DNA of 63,271 nt, filler included, from Reticulomyxa filosa (GCA_000512085.1; 17 parts of 17 records of this genome joined end to end with filler, not necessarily neighbours in it), one strand, 5' to 3'; shown: positions 11,893-26,073, counted from the whole stretch's first letter. Notes: a model not told the origin generated them from the letters alone. Made by a program: numbers and translations.

Positions 11893-12845
11893 AACAAACC
11901 AGTGGAACGACGACGAACAATGGGTGAGTCAACACGATTCGTTGTGTCACCAAAAGCTTGACCATCTAGCAGGCTATTAAAGTTTTCGATTACTGTTCGG
12001 TTATCCTCATTGTCAAGTGCTTGTGAGTCCATTATGCCATTATTGTGAGGTGTCAATAGTGCTGCGATTTCATTTCCCTTTAAACTTTCCTTTTTTTTTT
12101 TTTTTTTTGTAACAAAAAAAAAATTACTAAATATATACATATATGTGCATACACATAATATATATGTTCATATACATGTATATGTGTATATACATTCACA
12201 CACATATACACACACACAAAAAAATTGGTGAAATAAACTAAACTTTCTTGACCAACCGATTCAATTCTTCTTCCATCTCTTTTGATACGTCATCAAAATC
12301 TTCTTTGGACCATTTGTCACCAGTTACATCTCTATCGCGAATCACATTTCTTTTTTCAATCATTCGCGACTTTTTTTTAAAAAATTTTTTTTTTTGATTT
12401 TTTGATTTTGTCAAGCTTATGAACCCACGATTGTGATCCCAGATGGGGTAATGAGAAGAGAGAAAGATAAGTGAGGAAGAACTTGTCAAAAACAAAAAAA
12501 CCTAAACGAAACAACTCTACGAATTTGAGATGCTTGAAACTCTTTTTCCATGAAATTGTCATGTTCCTTTTGCTTCTCATCGTCGTCCTCATCATCGGCT
12601 TGTTTTTTCTTATCTTTGCTTTGGATGGAGGACTTTCTGGTATTGTTATCGTTCAAACTATTATTATTATTATTATTATTATTGCTATTGCTGCTATTGT
12701 TATTGTTATTGTTATTGTTATTGTTGCTCTTATTGCTTGCCACTTTTTTCGCGTTTGGCTTGGCAGTGTCCACATCACTCGGAGGGTTGGATGATACTTG
12801 CACTGACTCATCCTCCTCTTCCAATTCACTCTCACTATTTTGTGT
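11893..12845 (-). CDS. Internal exons of an unidentified low-complexity (Asn/acidic) protein
   Basis: Three minus-strand open segments (12486-12824, 12238-12370, 11893-12090) with protein-like composition, separated by poly-A/T and (TA)-rich introns. Confidence 0.45.
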
Positions 12846-13003
12846 CTTTTTTTTTTTTTAAAAAAAAAAAAAAAAGATTGTGTTATTGGAATTGGGCAAA
12901 TTTNNNNNNNNNNNNNNNNNNNNNNNNNNNNNNNNNNNNNNNNNNNNTTAATTAATTAANNNNNNNNNNNNNNNNNNNNNNNNNNNNNNNNNNNNNNNNN
13001 NNN

Positions 13004-16000
13004 AAAAAAAAAAACTTAAATAATAAAGAACGAGGAAGAAACCAAATCGGGAGAAGGAAAGGAAACAAGTAGCAATGACAAAGATGGCGAGGAGACGAAA
13101 AAAGCAGAAGTGAAGAAGGATGAAGAAGATGATGATGACGACGGTGCGAAAGATTTTATTGCATCGTTGAATAAGAAAAAGGCGACGAATGACAAAACAA
13201 CGGAGGGTGACGACACGGACCAAGAAAAAGAAGCGAAAGAATTGGACCCCGATCATCGCATGCTAATCAATTGCGCCAATAACTTGGTGTACTCGATGAA
13301 TTCGGCCGTCGTGTTGGGCGTCGTTCGATTGTTGTATTATTGTGCGCCGTTAGAAGATTGCCATGTGGCTGTGCGCGCGCTGATGGAACATCTCGATGAT
13401 CATCGCGAAGTGTCGTTTTGCTTGTTGGCCAATGTCGCCACAATGTGCGCTCATCGAGCCGATTTGTTCAGCAACTATTCCAAAGAGTTTTACATCCGCG
13501 CCACCGAGCCCGTCTATGTCAAGGAATTGAAGCTCGACATTCTCAGCAAAATCGCCAACGAAAACAATATCAATGGCATTTTGAGAGAGTTCCAAGCCTA
13601 TGTGCGTGACACCGATGTCAAATTCCGTTGTGCCACGATCGATGTTATGTTATCATCCTTTGTTTCTTGTTGTTTTGTTATTTATTTATTTATTTTTTGG
13701 CTTTAATTAATAGTGACTTAATTGTGAAAGAAAGGGGAAGGGGGAGAAGAGAGAGAGAGGGATTGGAAAGGTACATGTATATATTTTCGTGTGCATTTAA
13801 CCAACCTCGTGATTCAACTTTTGTTCATTTTAGGCAATGGGTCGCTGCGCATCCACTATTCCTGAGGTCGCGGATCAGACTATGGGTTCATTGATGGTAT
13901 TACATTTCTATTTCATTTTTTGTAACATATATATATATATATATATATGTGTATGTAATGTGTAGCAAATGGTGCAAACGGATTGCTCAGAAGTGGTAGC
14001 AGCCTCCGTGGTTGTCATTCGACAAATCATTCAAAGAGACCCATCGAAGTACTCTAAAAGAATGGTTAGCTTGCTGCGTTTGTTAAATAAAACCAATGTG
14101 CCTGAGGCCAGGTGCGCGATCGTGTGGATCATTGGTGAGTATCGACAATATATTTCTCAGTACGCACCAGACGCATTGCGCATTTTAGCCAAGACTTTTA
14201 TACGAGAAGTTTTGTGTATATGGAGTTGTATCTGATTTATATTGTATTGTATAATACCAAAAAAAAAAATAATAGTCAGACGATGTCAAAATGCAAATAC
14301 TAAACCTGGCAGTCAAAGTGTACTTATCCAATCCGCAGCAAGTGAGTAAACTATTCAAGTACATATTGGATATTTGTAAATATGACATGAACTACGACTT
14401 AAGAGACCGTACGTGTTTATTACATTTTTATCTTTTTTTTTTTTTTTTTTTATCTTCATTTGGGACAATTTAGCCAAAGGGGGAGGGGGAAGGGTAAAGC
14501 ACGTGTATGTATACATATACATATATTTTTTTTATTTTTTTTTTCTTTCATATTAATTTGGAAATATTTGTATGTCCAGGTGCTCGATTGGTCCGCGCCG
14601 TGTTTTACCAAAAAAAAGGACAAAGATAAGGAAGAGAACGAAAAAGAGATCGGTGACGTGGCGGTGGATCCGAACAGCGAAATCGCACGAAAGTTACGAA
14701 CGTCAATGCAAGAAATGTTTTTATCCGCAAAGCAGATCCCTGAAGTGATGTCACCGTTTTCGGATCGTGATCGGTTTGTGATGGGTACATTGTCGCATAT
14801 GGTCATTCATAACACGGGCGAAGGCTATGAAGCGTTGGAAGATTTTCCCAAAATCCTACCAGACACGCACGACAAACGCAATCCTCCCAACAGCGCGTTC
14901 GGCGATCTCGCCTCTCCTCGAGCTGGCGGTGCCGATTGGGATAAGACCGAAGCCGATGATCACATCGAAGAGTATACGACCGATGGAGACGAAGTATGCG
15001 AAGAGGATAGCGTAGAAGACTCAGACTCCATAGAGATAGAAGTAGAAGAAGAAGAAGAAGAAGAAGAAGAAAAGGAGAAGAAAAAGAAGATAATGATGAC
15101 GAAAATGCCACTTCCGAAGAAGTGGAAGACTCGTCCTCTGAAGAAGGGGCATCCACCACGGAAGAGTCAGACGTGCCGGTAAAATCCACTCCAAGACAAA
15201 AAGAAGTAGCGATCGTGTCCGAACAAAAAGAATCCAAAAAGCCTGTCGCTGCCAATAGCAAAAAGGAAAAGGAAGTAGCCAATACCTCCAAAGCAACGAA
15301 GCAACCCAGCAAAAGTTCCAAAAAAGTGGCATCTGAAGAAGAAGAGGAAGACGAAGACGAAGAAGAAGAAGAAGAAGAAGAAGAGGATAAAGATAAGAAC
15401 AAGAAAAAGGGCAATGGAAAAAACCCAAAGAAAAAAACAGAACGCGAAGCCTCTTCAAGCGACGAACTGAACCATGAAATACTCGTCGATGTGAATAAAA
15501 AAGTACAGAAAAAAACGGGTGAGGAGTCAGATCCGGCAAGTGATGATGGCACACACACCGCAAAAAAACAACCGTCACAAAAATTTAAGAAAAAACCTCC
15601 AAAGGACGAAACGGAAAGCGAAAGCGATGAAGACATAGGCAACAAAAAACCAGGCAAAATCGCAAAAATAAACACAAAGGAGAAAACCACAACAAAAAAA
15701 TCGGCGACACAACAAAAAGAAAAAGATAAGGACAAAGAAAAAAGAAAAGATAAGGAAAAAGAAAAAGAAAAAGAGCCACCAAAAGTAGTAAATCAAACTC
15801 CAGATTTGCTTGATTTTTTGGTTTGTTTTTTTATTTTTATTTAATTTTTTGTTGTTGTTGCTGTTGTTTGTGTAGATGTTATGATTATGATTTTTTTTTT
15901 TTTTTTTGCGTGTTAGACTATGACAATAGAGGAAAAAGACAAAACTAAAACTTCTTCAACCACACCTATCATGGAATTGTTTCGAACTGTCAAAAATCCC

Positions 16001-16261
16001 GAAGAAAAGCAGCCTGAGGTTAAACCAGAGACGAAGTCAGATGACAACACTAAACCCCCTGAAGAGAGTCAACAAAAAGAACCCGAAAAAGAACAAGCAC
16101 CTGCCCCAACCAAAAATGCCCCACCTCCAAAAAATAATGCCAATATCTTTGATGACGTTATTGCCGAGACTATGCCATTCCACTCCGGTCTGCAGTCCGG
16201 TCAACAGAACAATCCTCTCTTACCTCAATGGGGCTCTGGTGTTGACAACAAGAAATCCTAA
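13004..16261 (+). CDS. AP3B: AP-3 adaptor complex subunit beta (5'-partial, multi-exon, long acidic/Lys-rich hinge)
   Basis: LDPDHRMLINCANNLVYSMNSAVVLGV, VKELKLDILSKIANENNINGILREFQAYV, ARCAIVWIIGEY...APDALRILAKTF, KYDMNYDLRDR and FVMGTLSH are all AP3B trunk signatures. Confidence 0.93.
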
Positions 16262-17340
16262 TTTTTATCTTCCTTCCGATTTTCCTTCAACAAAAACATT
16301 TTTTTTTTTTTTGGTTAGGTTTTTTATTATTCCTTAACTATTCATTAATTATTGCAAAAGAGCACCCAATTGTTGCCACTAAACCTTTTTTGGCTCATTG
16401 TCTCACGTTAGTATTGCAAAAAAGTGAGAACAGCAAATTTGATAAGTAAATTTACTTACACTTGAAAATCATTTCTCTGGTAAATTGGACGCGTTGTCAT
16501 ATAAAAAAAAATTTCAACTTTGGGAGTCACATCCTACATTTTTGACTAAAAAGGGCTCAGTTTTCGTTGGGCTAGAGTTTGTAGTGACAATGTAATCACT
16601 AAATTCTGGTTTGTAACTGGGCAATTCTTGTTTTCTCAAGCGGCAAGTACTTTGTTTATTTTGGGTTGTTTCTTGTTGTATGTGGAGTATAATAAAGAAG
16701 CCGACTTTGTTTGCAAGGCAAAGTAGGCTCATTCTGCTTAGAATTTTGCTGGAAACAAATTGTGAAATATATACAATCATGTAGAAATAGAAAATATTAA
16801 GATCAATATACAATTTTTTGATCCAGGCTACGGTGCAAAGGATATTATAACATTTTTTTAAGAAAAGAATCATCACCGAAGGAAGTGGATCAATTTTATG
16901 AACAAAATAATCAGAAAGGACTTAAATACAACGTTTATTGTGATAGCGTAGTACGACTTTTTTGGATAAAAACACGTCCCAAATAAGATTAAAAAATAAT
17001 GAAAAAGTAAGCGTTGTGTCGCTTTGAAAATGTAGTTACTGTTTTTTTTGCCAGTATATTTCGCAATTCACCAACAATAAGCTCTACCTTTTGCAAGTTT
17101 CAAAACTAGTATAATTCATCACAAGAAAATAGGTTTACCTTGGTTTTCCAAGTTTAAATATACTAATTTCTCGATATCTTTATGGTAATTTTGGGTATAT
17201 TTTATGAGTATACGCATACACAAATGCTTGAGATTTATTTTCAGAAAAACGAACTTGTCCAAATAACAGCAAAAGTTTATTCAGGGAAAAAGAGGACTCA
17301 CTAAAAAATATAATTAGCTTTATTCTCGTCTTTGGCACAC

Positions 17341-18489
17341 ATGCCATCTAGAGAATGCACGTCTTCATCAGACACATTTCGGTATTTTTCTCTTGGAGAC
17401 GCCTTTGGCTATCAAGTGTCGGTTCTTGTACTTCAAACCTTTTCTTGTATTTACTGTGTATATCGCTTTTATTATCGCTGGAACCCTGATTTAAGTCGCA
17501 AGCTAGTTATATTGTGCGTTTTATATCATATTTGGGCGTGGTTATTCATACTCGAAGAAGTAATATATATAATTGGAATACTGAACAATTGGACGTATGA
17601 AATAGTAGAGTTTTGTTCGATTGCGCTGGCAATCTTATCATTTACACAAATCATTGCGTACATAATAAGCATGATGTTTTGGCTGCATAAGCTAGGTACG
17701 TGCATATTATAAAGATTACATGCATATATTGCACACACCAAAAAAAAAAAAAAAAAGTACATTTATAAATACTTATTGAGATTAGTGATAGTATTTGAAG
17801 ACTCTTTATTTGGTATTAGCAAGCGTTCGTTAAAGATGTTGCATATTGGTTATTCAATGGGCGCATTGATAACACTTGGCTTGTGTTGTTGGATGGCCAC
17901 CGCTGCCAATTGTGTTTGGTCATTTCCGGTGCTCGATCGCGACATCATTAGACCCATATCACAAAAAGTCAAAACCACAAAATTGTATTGGACTTGCGAG
18001 TTGTCGCCCATCGTCTTCGATGTCGCTGTTATCTTTGGCGCAATAGTATCTTTGATCATCAATGCAAGTATCGTGTACATGTACCTTTCTCGTATGATTC
18101 AAACTATACGCTCTATCCAACGCAATGAGGAGTTGGATGCCGGCCAACTTCCTTATAACGCTTCAGACACCCCTCTTGGTGATACTCCCTTTTCTGTTGC
18201 TACACGTCAAATGTTAAGCCATGTCACTAAATTTGGTATCATTGCTTTCACTAGCATTTTCAGTACTATGCTTTCTTCATTGATTGTTATCATCACAAGC
18301 AATATTTTTTCTACCGAAGCCGACTTTTGGCTAAATGGTATTTTGATTTTTTGTAGTTTCACATTTGGAGAAAAATTGTACAATTTTCTATTTGGATGGT
18401 GCAACAAATTTTTAGAAAAAAAAATTTCCTCAATTCTTGGCCATGCTAATCAACCACATGCAATTGAAATATATTCACAAACCAAATGA
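17341..18489 (+). CDS. Multi-pass (about 7 TM) membrane protein, 2 exons
   Basis: ORFs 17332-17712 and 17776-18489 are joined by a GT-AG intron (~17696-17779). About seven hydrophobic segments; no recognisable family motif. Confidence 0.65.
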
Positions 18490-18950
18490 AAAAAAATTTT
18501 CACTTTTACACTTTTGTCGTTCTACATTTTTTTTTTTTTTTTTTTTTATTATTTGTTGCTTTGCCTTTTTTTTGTTTTTTCAATCCTTTTGTCTGTCTCA
18601 AATCTGTTTCTACCTTTGTTTTGTTGTCACTTGCTTAGGGTAAATCATTTCTTTCATTAATAATGTAATTATTCCTTCAGATGCGCTCTTTTTTACGGCG
18701 AAAATATCTCTAGGTAGGTTTATGTTACCGACTTTTTGGTCATATAGAGGACTTTCTTCAATAAACATAATGCAGCGACAACTTCATTCGTACATAGTTC
18801 CAATTTTTGGTGACCAATTTTGAAAATTTAAATTTCAGAGTCCTTGTTTGAAGCAGCAAGCCTTAAATTTTTTTTCTAGCAACAAAACTAAGACAACTTG
18901 TGTGTTAGTTGGTAGACACTAACACAAGGCTCCTTACGTAAAAAATTCAA

Positions 18951-19695
18951 ATGAATATCGCGAATAGGATGAGACAGTTGAGAAACATATGGCCTCATTT
19001 GGAGTGGAAGGTTAGTATGAACCCACGTAACCTTGTGGGAATAATTTTCCACAAATTTTCATGTTCATGTTACTTTAAAAAAAAAGAAAATTCCAAGGCG
19101 CGCCCTATCCATACGATCAAGTGTTTACCCGGACGACATTGGGCAGTTCAATGAGCTATTAAAAAATATAACACCAATTATTCAAACCCATCTTGCACAC
19201 AGTTCTGACCCAGTTAGCCCAATTGTAGCACGAAAGACTCCGTTCGAACTTCGTCAAGAGGTAGGCTAATGTGTTAATAGAGAGCCCATTTTGTTTATTC
19301 CAGTACGAAATCTATCATTTTTTGTTGTTGTTTGCACATTTTCTTGCCCAACTTTAACTGAATGGGGGGGGGGGGGAAAATTAGTTATGTATTAACGAAA
19401 CAGCATCCATAAGCAAGAATGGAATCTTGCCATTGAACGAAGGCCTGTCGGTGGAAGAGATAAAAGAAAAAATTGAACGTATATTAGCATACAGTGTACG
19501 TACTAATAAGCCTTGCTTTGTCGATAAGCTGTACAGTGGGAGTGACAGTATTGGACAGATGTCTTCTTGGTTGCTCTCAATATTAAATCAAAATGTGCAC
19601 ACGTATCACTCAGCACCAATGCTGACCGTGATTGAGACCGTTCTTATCGAAGAACTCTGTAGAATGTTTTTCAAAGACCAAGCACACAAGTCCCC
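18951..19695 (+). CDS. Group II PLP-dependent decarboxylase (GAD/CSAD-like), 5' part
   Basis: ILAYSVRTNKPCFVDKLYSGSDSIGQMSSWLLSILNQNVHTYHSAPMLTVIE aligns by eye with GAD LKYSVRTGHPRFFNQL...NTNMFTYEIAPVFVLME. Confidence 0.85.
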
Positions 19696-19795
19696 NNNNN
19701 NNNNNNNNNNNNNNNNNNNNNNNNNNNNNNNNNNNNNNNTTAATTAATTAANNNNNNNNNNNNNNNNNNNNNNNNNNNNNNNNNNNNNNNNNNNN

Positions 19796-20816
19796 TTGAT
19801 TGATCGATTATCCGATGAACAGGAAGATGAAGATAATCGCAATTACTGGAGAATTCTCAATAAAATGGAATACAAACAATTGAATGATGCTTTCAATTCT
19901 TTAAAATACATGCTCAATAAAGATGATTATTGGAAGTATAGAGAAGCACTTGGGACAATTACACTGAAATTGTCTGGGAAACAATTCGATAATGCTTTTA
20001 ATTATTTAATTTATGAAGAGAAAAATACATACGTTGATCTACTTAAAATGATTGTCCAGAGATTGGATGAAAAACAAATGGACATTGCATTGAATTATTT
20101 TGTGGATAAGTTAAATGATAAAAATGAACATCCAAATATTTGTATCAAGTACATTCAATTACTTACAGAAATTTCAAATAAATATAATGAACAACAATTG
20201 AATGAAGCTTTTAACTCTTCAATGCATATATTCATTGACACAAATAATAATACAGATGTGCAGAATTGCTTGGGATAATTGCAGTTGATCTAAATGGAAG
20301 ACATTTCGATGATGCTTTTCAATGTTTGAAAAATGGATTAAAAGATAGCGATTTAAATGTTCAGAAGTCATGTGTAAAATCCTTTTCAAAGAAATGGAAT
20401 GAAAATCAATTGAATATTACTGTTCAATGTTTGACTGATGGATTCAAAATATAATTGGATATGATTGTGCTATATTCAGAGTTTACTTAAAGGAATTGCA
20501 ATAAAGTTAAATAAAACACAAATCGATTCTCTTTTCACATGTCCGATCAATAAATTCAAAGATAAAAGTGAATGGGGTTGTGAATTGTATGCAATATCTA
20601 TTGGATATGTTTCAACAAAATTAAATAAAAGGCAATTGGGTAACGTTTTCGAATGTTTGAATGGATTAAAAGATGAACATAAGTGTATTCGTGCATTATA
20701 TAAAAAATCACTTGAAACAATTTCAACAAAATTAAATGATAAACAATTGGATAGAGTTTTCAGTGCTTTCAGTCATGGGTTAAAAGATTTAGATAAATGG
20801 GTTTGTATATTATGTG
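19796..20816 (+). pseudogene. HEAT/alpha-solenoid repeat gene fragment with frameshifts
   Basis: Repeats of about 40 aa (KLNxKQLDxAFxCLxxGLKD) are spread over three reading frames, with shifts near 20268 and 20463. Very AT-rich and no introns. Confidence 0.7.
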
Positions 20817-21057
20817 NNNNNNNNNNNNNNNNNNNNNNNNNNNNNNNNNNNNNNNNNNNNTTAATTAATTAANNNNNNNNNNNNNNNNNNNNNNNNNNNN
20901 NNNNNNNNNNNNNNNNAGAGAGAGAGAAAGAGAAAGAAAGAGAAGGACGAAAAAGAGAAAGAAAAAACAATTTTTTTTTTTTTTTTAAAAAAAAAAAAAA
21001 CGACAACAACAAAATAAAATAAAATGAAATAAAAAAAAAAAAAAAAGACCTTATCAG

Positions 21058-21962
21058 GTGCAAACCGTGCGATGGATGTGTACGCGTGAGCGGCATCCCA
21101 ATGGAATGTTTGGTGATTTGTTTGAAAGAAGACAATTTACCGACGGCACGAGTTACTATTATTCGCCGCATTTGAACCGCATTTGGTTTGATCCTTTGCC
21201 CAATGTATGGGGTGGAATAGTTGCTGAAGAAATGGGTTTGGGCAAAACCATTGAAGCTATTGCTTTGATTCAATTGCATCCCCGACCTGCCCCGCACCTC
21301 TTTTCTTCTTCGTCTTTGTCTTTTATACAGCCGCAGCAAGAACGTACCTATGACAAAGAGAGTGAAGAAACAGAGTGTTTCCCCGTTAAGAGCACATTAA
21401 TTATTGTGCCGTCAGGTTTAGTTGCGCAATGGGAAGATGAGATAAAAAAGCAATGCACCCATCCTCTGTCCATGTACACGTATCGCGAGACCAATCGAGT
21501 GCAAGACCCAAGACAATTGGGACAATACGATGTTGTCATCACGACTTTTGCAGTCTTGTCTTCGGAAGGAAGCGAAAAATCTCCGCCGTTGAGGTCTTCC
21601 AGCAATCGAAAATATACACTGCATCGATGCCAATGGTGGCGTGTCATTGTCGATGAAGGACACATATTGAAAGCTGCTGCAACTAAACGGTCTCAAATCA
21701 TCATGGAGTTGAAGGCGGTGAACAAATGGATCTTAACCTGCAGTCCCTTCAGTAACTCAGTTCGTAACCTCCAAAATATATTCCGATTTTTGGAGTTGCA
21801 CTTTTGCTGCTCCTTTTGGTGGGACCGTGTTGTTCGTTGCTTTCACTCACGTAGAACCTTGGATTTTCATCTTATCAATCAATTATTTACTATGTATTCT
21901 TTTGTCCAATCTCTCAACTGAATAATCTTTTCTTTTAAATAATAGTTGTTTATTTTGCCTAT

Positions 21963-21997
<35 letters not shown>

Positions 21998-23325
21998 TTC
22001 GACAGGTAACCATGCGACATGTGAAGTCAAAAAAATTTGATGGAGTGGATATAGTATCACTGCCAATGAAACACGAACAGATAATAAAGGTTGAGTTTAC
22101 AAAAGAACAAAAAGGATGGTATGACAAGCTTTATCAAGTGGCAGTCAATCGCTATCAATGCTCGAAATCCAAACCTAATCATAACATTCAGTCAGCCTAT
22201 TTCATGCTGTCTCATGTAAGGAGGGTCTGTAGTGCTTGCTGCTTTCCCATTTCCCTTATTCATCAACTGTTGACCGAATTTCAATTGCCCAGTTGTTTGT
22301 TTTTTTTTATACCATTTATTCTTTTTTTTTTTTTTTTGATACGTATATTTTGTTTCAAGAAATGTTTTTTGTACAATTTATGGATTGACGAATAATACAG
22401 TAAAAAATGGAGTATTTGAAGTCTCCAGTGCAATTGCATTCAATCAGCCCAGCACGGAAGGAGACATGGAAGAGTGTCCAATTTGCTCTGGAGTGATGGA
22501 AGATCCCTTCATTACTCCATGCAGACACTTGTTTTGCTGTAAATGTATTTGCAAATGGATTCATGAAAAGAAATCTTGCCCACTTTGCCGTTCTGAGATC
22601 AAAGGAGAAGATAAATTGAAAAAGCATGTTCGGCAACAAAAAAAAGAAGAAGTAGATGAAAAACGAGAGGATGAAAAAAAAGAAGAAAAAAGTAATGCAA
22701 TAGTATTTGATGGGAAAGTCAAAGTACTCATGAAGCAATTAAATAAATTGCGAGAAGAAAAACCAACTGACAAAATTTTGATATTCACAATGTTTTCTGA
22801 GTGTGCCAGTTGGTTGACACAAGAATTACAAAAGAATCATTTCAATTATCAAACTCTTCACAGTGGAATGACTATTCGAAAACGACAAGAAGCTTTAAAG
22901 TCTTTTCAACATGACCCTAATGTCAATGTTTTTGTTCTTACTATTCGTACTGGTGCCATTGGGGTATGTTTTCTCTTTTTTTTTCCCCCTTTCAAAAAAA
23001 CAAAACAAAAACTTTTGCAATTCACAATTTAGGTAACACTGACTGCTGCTAATCATGTTTTCTTAATGGTATTGTTATCTTTTTTTTTTATACATTGTCT
23101 GTCTTACATGAATAACTAAACAAACAAACAAAGGAACCTTGTTTGAATCCAGCATTATTTCGTCAAGCACTCAATCAAGTATATCGATTAGGTCAAAAAA
23201 AAGAGGTCTATATTTATACACTAGTAATGAAAAATTCGATGGAAGAAAAAATACTTTCGCTAAATTTTGACATGTCATGCTCTTCTTGTTTCCTTCAACA
23301 AGCTCTTTGCAAGTTACTGACCTGA
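21058..23325 (+). CDS. SNF2-family helicase with internal RING finger (RAD5/HLTF/SHPRH-like), 5'-partial
   Basis: GGIVAEEMGLGKT, TLIIVPSGLVAQW, RVIVDEGH, RING CPIC...TPCRHLFCCKC...CPLCR, and HELICc segments KILIFTMF and GVTLTAANHVFLMEP. Confidence 0.9.
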
Positions 23326-23770
23326 TCTTCTTTCACTTCAAAGGTCAAAGTGTTTCAGATTTGTTTTTTCATGTTGATTTGTGTTTGGCTCACCAAACTG
23401 CGATTTACTTGTTTCCCAGAATGGTGATGCGTTTTTCCTTTTTTTTATTGGTGTGCTTGCCATTGATGTGTGACGAGGTGTGTAATTCTTATTTTTTTCA
23501 TGCTTCTCTGAGACGTGTGGAAGACTAGCCAACTGGTTCTCTTTTGCAGGAGNNNNNNNNNNNNNNNNNNNNNNNNNNNNNNNNNNNNNNNNNNNNTTAA
23601 TTAATTAANNNNNNNNNNNNNNNNNNNNNNNNNNNNNNNNNNNNNNNNNNNNGAGATTGAGAGTGTAAGTCAATTGATCGCATTGGAAAAAGATTTCAGG
23701 CGATATTTGCAAGGAATTAGATATAAATTTTGGTAAAAACGCAAAATTTATTGAAGCAGTACGTGGAGCA

Positions 23771-24707
23771 ATGAAAGGTCAACAGAAAAAAAAAGAAGAA
23801 AAAGAAAACGAACAAGTTAAAAAATCAGAGCTATTAAAAGGTCATAATCAAACTCCAAAAAAGAAAGTATCATTACTATTTTTAGATGAAACCGGTGTTG
23901 GTAAATTGACTCTGTTACAAGCGCTACAAGATTATACCAACGGAGTGAAATATGAACAAGTTAAAAAAATGTTTAGAGTGTATGCGTAATCCCAAAAAAA
24001 AAGAGTAATTTTTTTATTGGATCTAAATTCTTTTTACAGAAAAAATACATGCTGGAGGTGAATCTCAGACACATGATATGAAACAGTACTTAATGTCAAA
24101 TGATCGTTGAGTAGTGAACATAATTGACTCCTGGACTTGGAGATACAAAAAGTGGAGCAATTGACGAGAAGCACATGAACAATATAATTGATTTTGTTGG
24201 ATCTTTTGGGGATTTTAACACCGTGTGTTTTATTAAAAAAAGGATTAGTACGTTTAACTGCAACGACATCATAAGTCGTTGAAGATCAAATGTTTGTTAA
24301 AATCAAGAGAGATAAACTCAAAGAAAGTGTAGCAATACTTAAATTAAAGATTGATGCATCTTTAGATTTGGAGATAAAAATTAATGAAGATTTGAAGAGC
24401 TTAAATGTTGCAAATAGTGATAAAATAACATATGCTAATTTTAATAGAACAACAATTTATGAATAGTAATCATATGTTAAAATCAATGGGAAAATTACTA
24501 CACTTTGTAATGCATGCAATAAGGTGTCATATTGATTGTGATCTCAGCTACGATGGTGATTTGAATTGTTGTAGTGCTATGAGAGATGGTGGTTGTACTC
24601 AGTATGGACATTTTGTCAGTAGTCATACTCACATAGGATGGCGGATTGTTACAACAACCAAATCTAGACAAGATAGAGATCCCATTCAAAATTTTGTTTT
24701 CAGATAA
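23771..24707 (+). pseudogene. Decayed P-loop GTPase (septin/AIG1-like) gene with Cys/His-rich tail
   Basis: Degenerate Walker A LLFLDETGVGKLTLL; GESQTH; VVNIIDS/GLGDT (G3-like, frameshifted); multiple stops; CHIDCDL...CCSAM...C..GH...H tail. Confidence 0.65.
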
Positions 24708-25344
24708 TCGCGTTTACAACAACTTTTACTTCTCAGAGAATTAACATAGCAATCAAGTATTTTCGTTTTTAGTATTGATTGTGGTATATTATCAAAAAAA
24801 GGCGCAAATTTATTACAATTATTACTGTTTCGTTCATTATCGTTACATATATTTTTTTTACAATTGTCACTGAATAATGGAAGAGAACAGGATAAAGAAA
24901 TTCCTTTCTCAGCAATTTTTTTATACCATTGTTCGGCTGGAAAACATCCTCCCGAAACACACCGAGCAATGGAAATAATGCAACCATTTCGGAATCCAAG
25001 TTCAGTCAGCTTTTTTGTTAAATGGAGCAACTCTAAAATTAAGACAAAATTGAAAGCAAATACAAGTATTAAGATAAGTCTACTGAACAATAGCTAGAAA
25101 TTTGATCTATTAACCACGATTCTACTCCCAAAGATAGTACTACAATGATAAGAATATTACACTCTTATTTTTCTGAAAGAATTACTTTCTTGTAAGACTA
25201 TGACAAAAATCTAATTCAAAGAAAAACTATCAATTTTTTTACTTNNNNNNNNNNNNNNNNNNNNNNNNNNNNNNNNNNNNNNNNNNNNTTAATTAATTAA
25301 NNNNNNNNNNNNNNNNNNNNNNNNNNNNNNNNNNNNNNNNNNNN

Positions 25345-25791
25345 TAGCATAAAGTGTAATACGAAAGTGTGTCTTTTTTTTTTTTTTGATTGGTTGCAAT
25401 GTCTATGTTGACGTAAGATACCTCGTGTGGTTGTTCTTGAACTTGAGTTTGGCTGAAGAAATACCAACTCGTCACCGTCAAACATGTCACACTGCATTCC
25501 TTTTCCTATTTTCTTTGTATTGATGAAGGTCCCATTGGCGCTACAGTCTATCACCTGACAATACATTACTTTCTTGTTGGTGGTCACTCGGCGGATTATG
25601 CAGTGCACACTTGATATTTGGGGTTCCGTTATCTGGTGATCTACTTGTTGTTTGTCACGGCCGAACTTTGTTTCGTCAGCCACTAACTCTAGCACTTGAT
25701 ATGAGGCTGAGGCTGGAATCAATCTTCCCCATACTAGGTCTGCTTCTTCATCCCCTCCATTCGTTAAACTTTGTGTATCTACAATGGCCAT
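25345..25791 (-). CDS. FHA-domain protein, N-terminal exon (CHK2/CHFR-type FHA); 3'-partial
   Basis: VWGRL...KFGRD...ISSVHCII...IDCSANGTFIN...FDGDELVF contains the GR, SxxH and NGT FHA motifs. Confidence 0.88.
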
Positions 25792-26073
25792 TTTTTTTTT
25801 TCTTGCTGGTAACAAAAAACTCTAGTCGACCTCTAAGTTTCTTTGTCGACAGGCTCTTTAATTCGATGAAACAATTTAACATTCGGTTATGAGAAAAAAA
25901 AGATGCTACTGGTGAGCAAAAAAACATCTTATTTGTGGAGGTTCGCAAAGGCGTTAAAGAACTTTGAAGAAAAAAAATAAATTTTGTATGGAGCTACCCC
26001 TTTCTTTTTTATTGATATATTTTTCATATTTAATCTCAAATAAAGATGTCGAAATTAGTAGATTATTCTTCGA

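Noticed and set aside
15021-15130. AP3B split into two ORFs as two genes
   Set aside because: The frame change falls within a GAA/A-rich repeat of the acidic hinge, so it is a likely indel error in a single gene.
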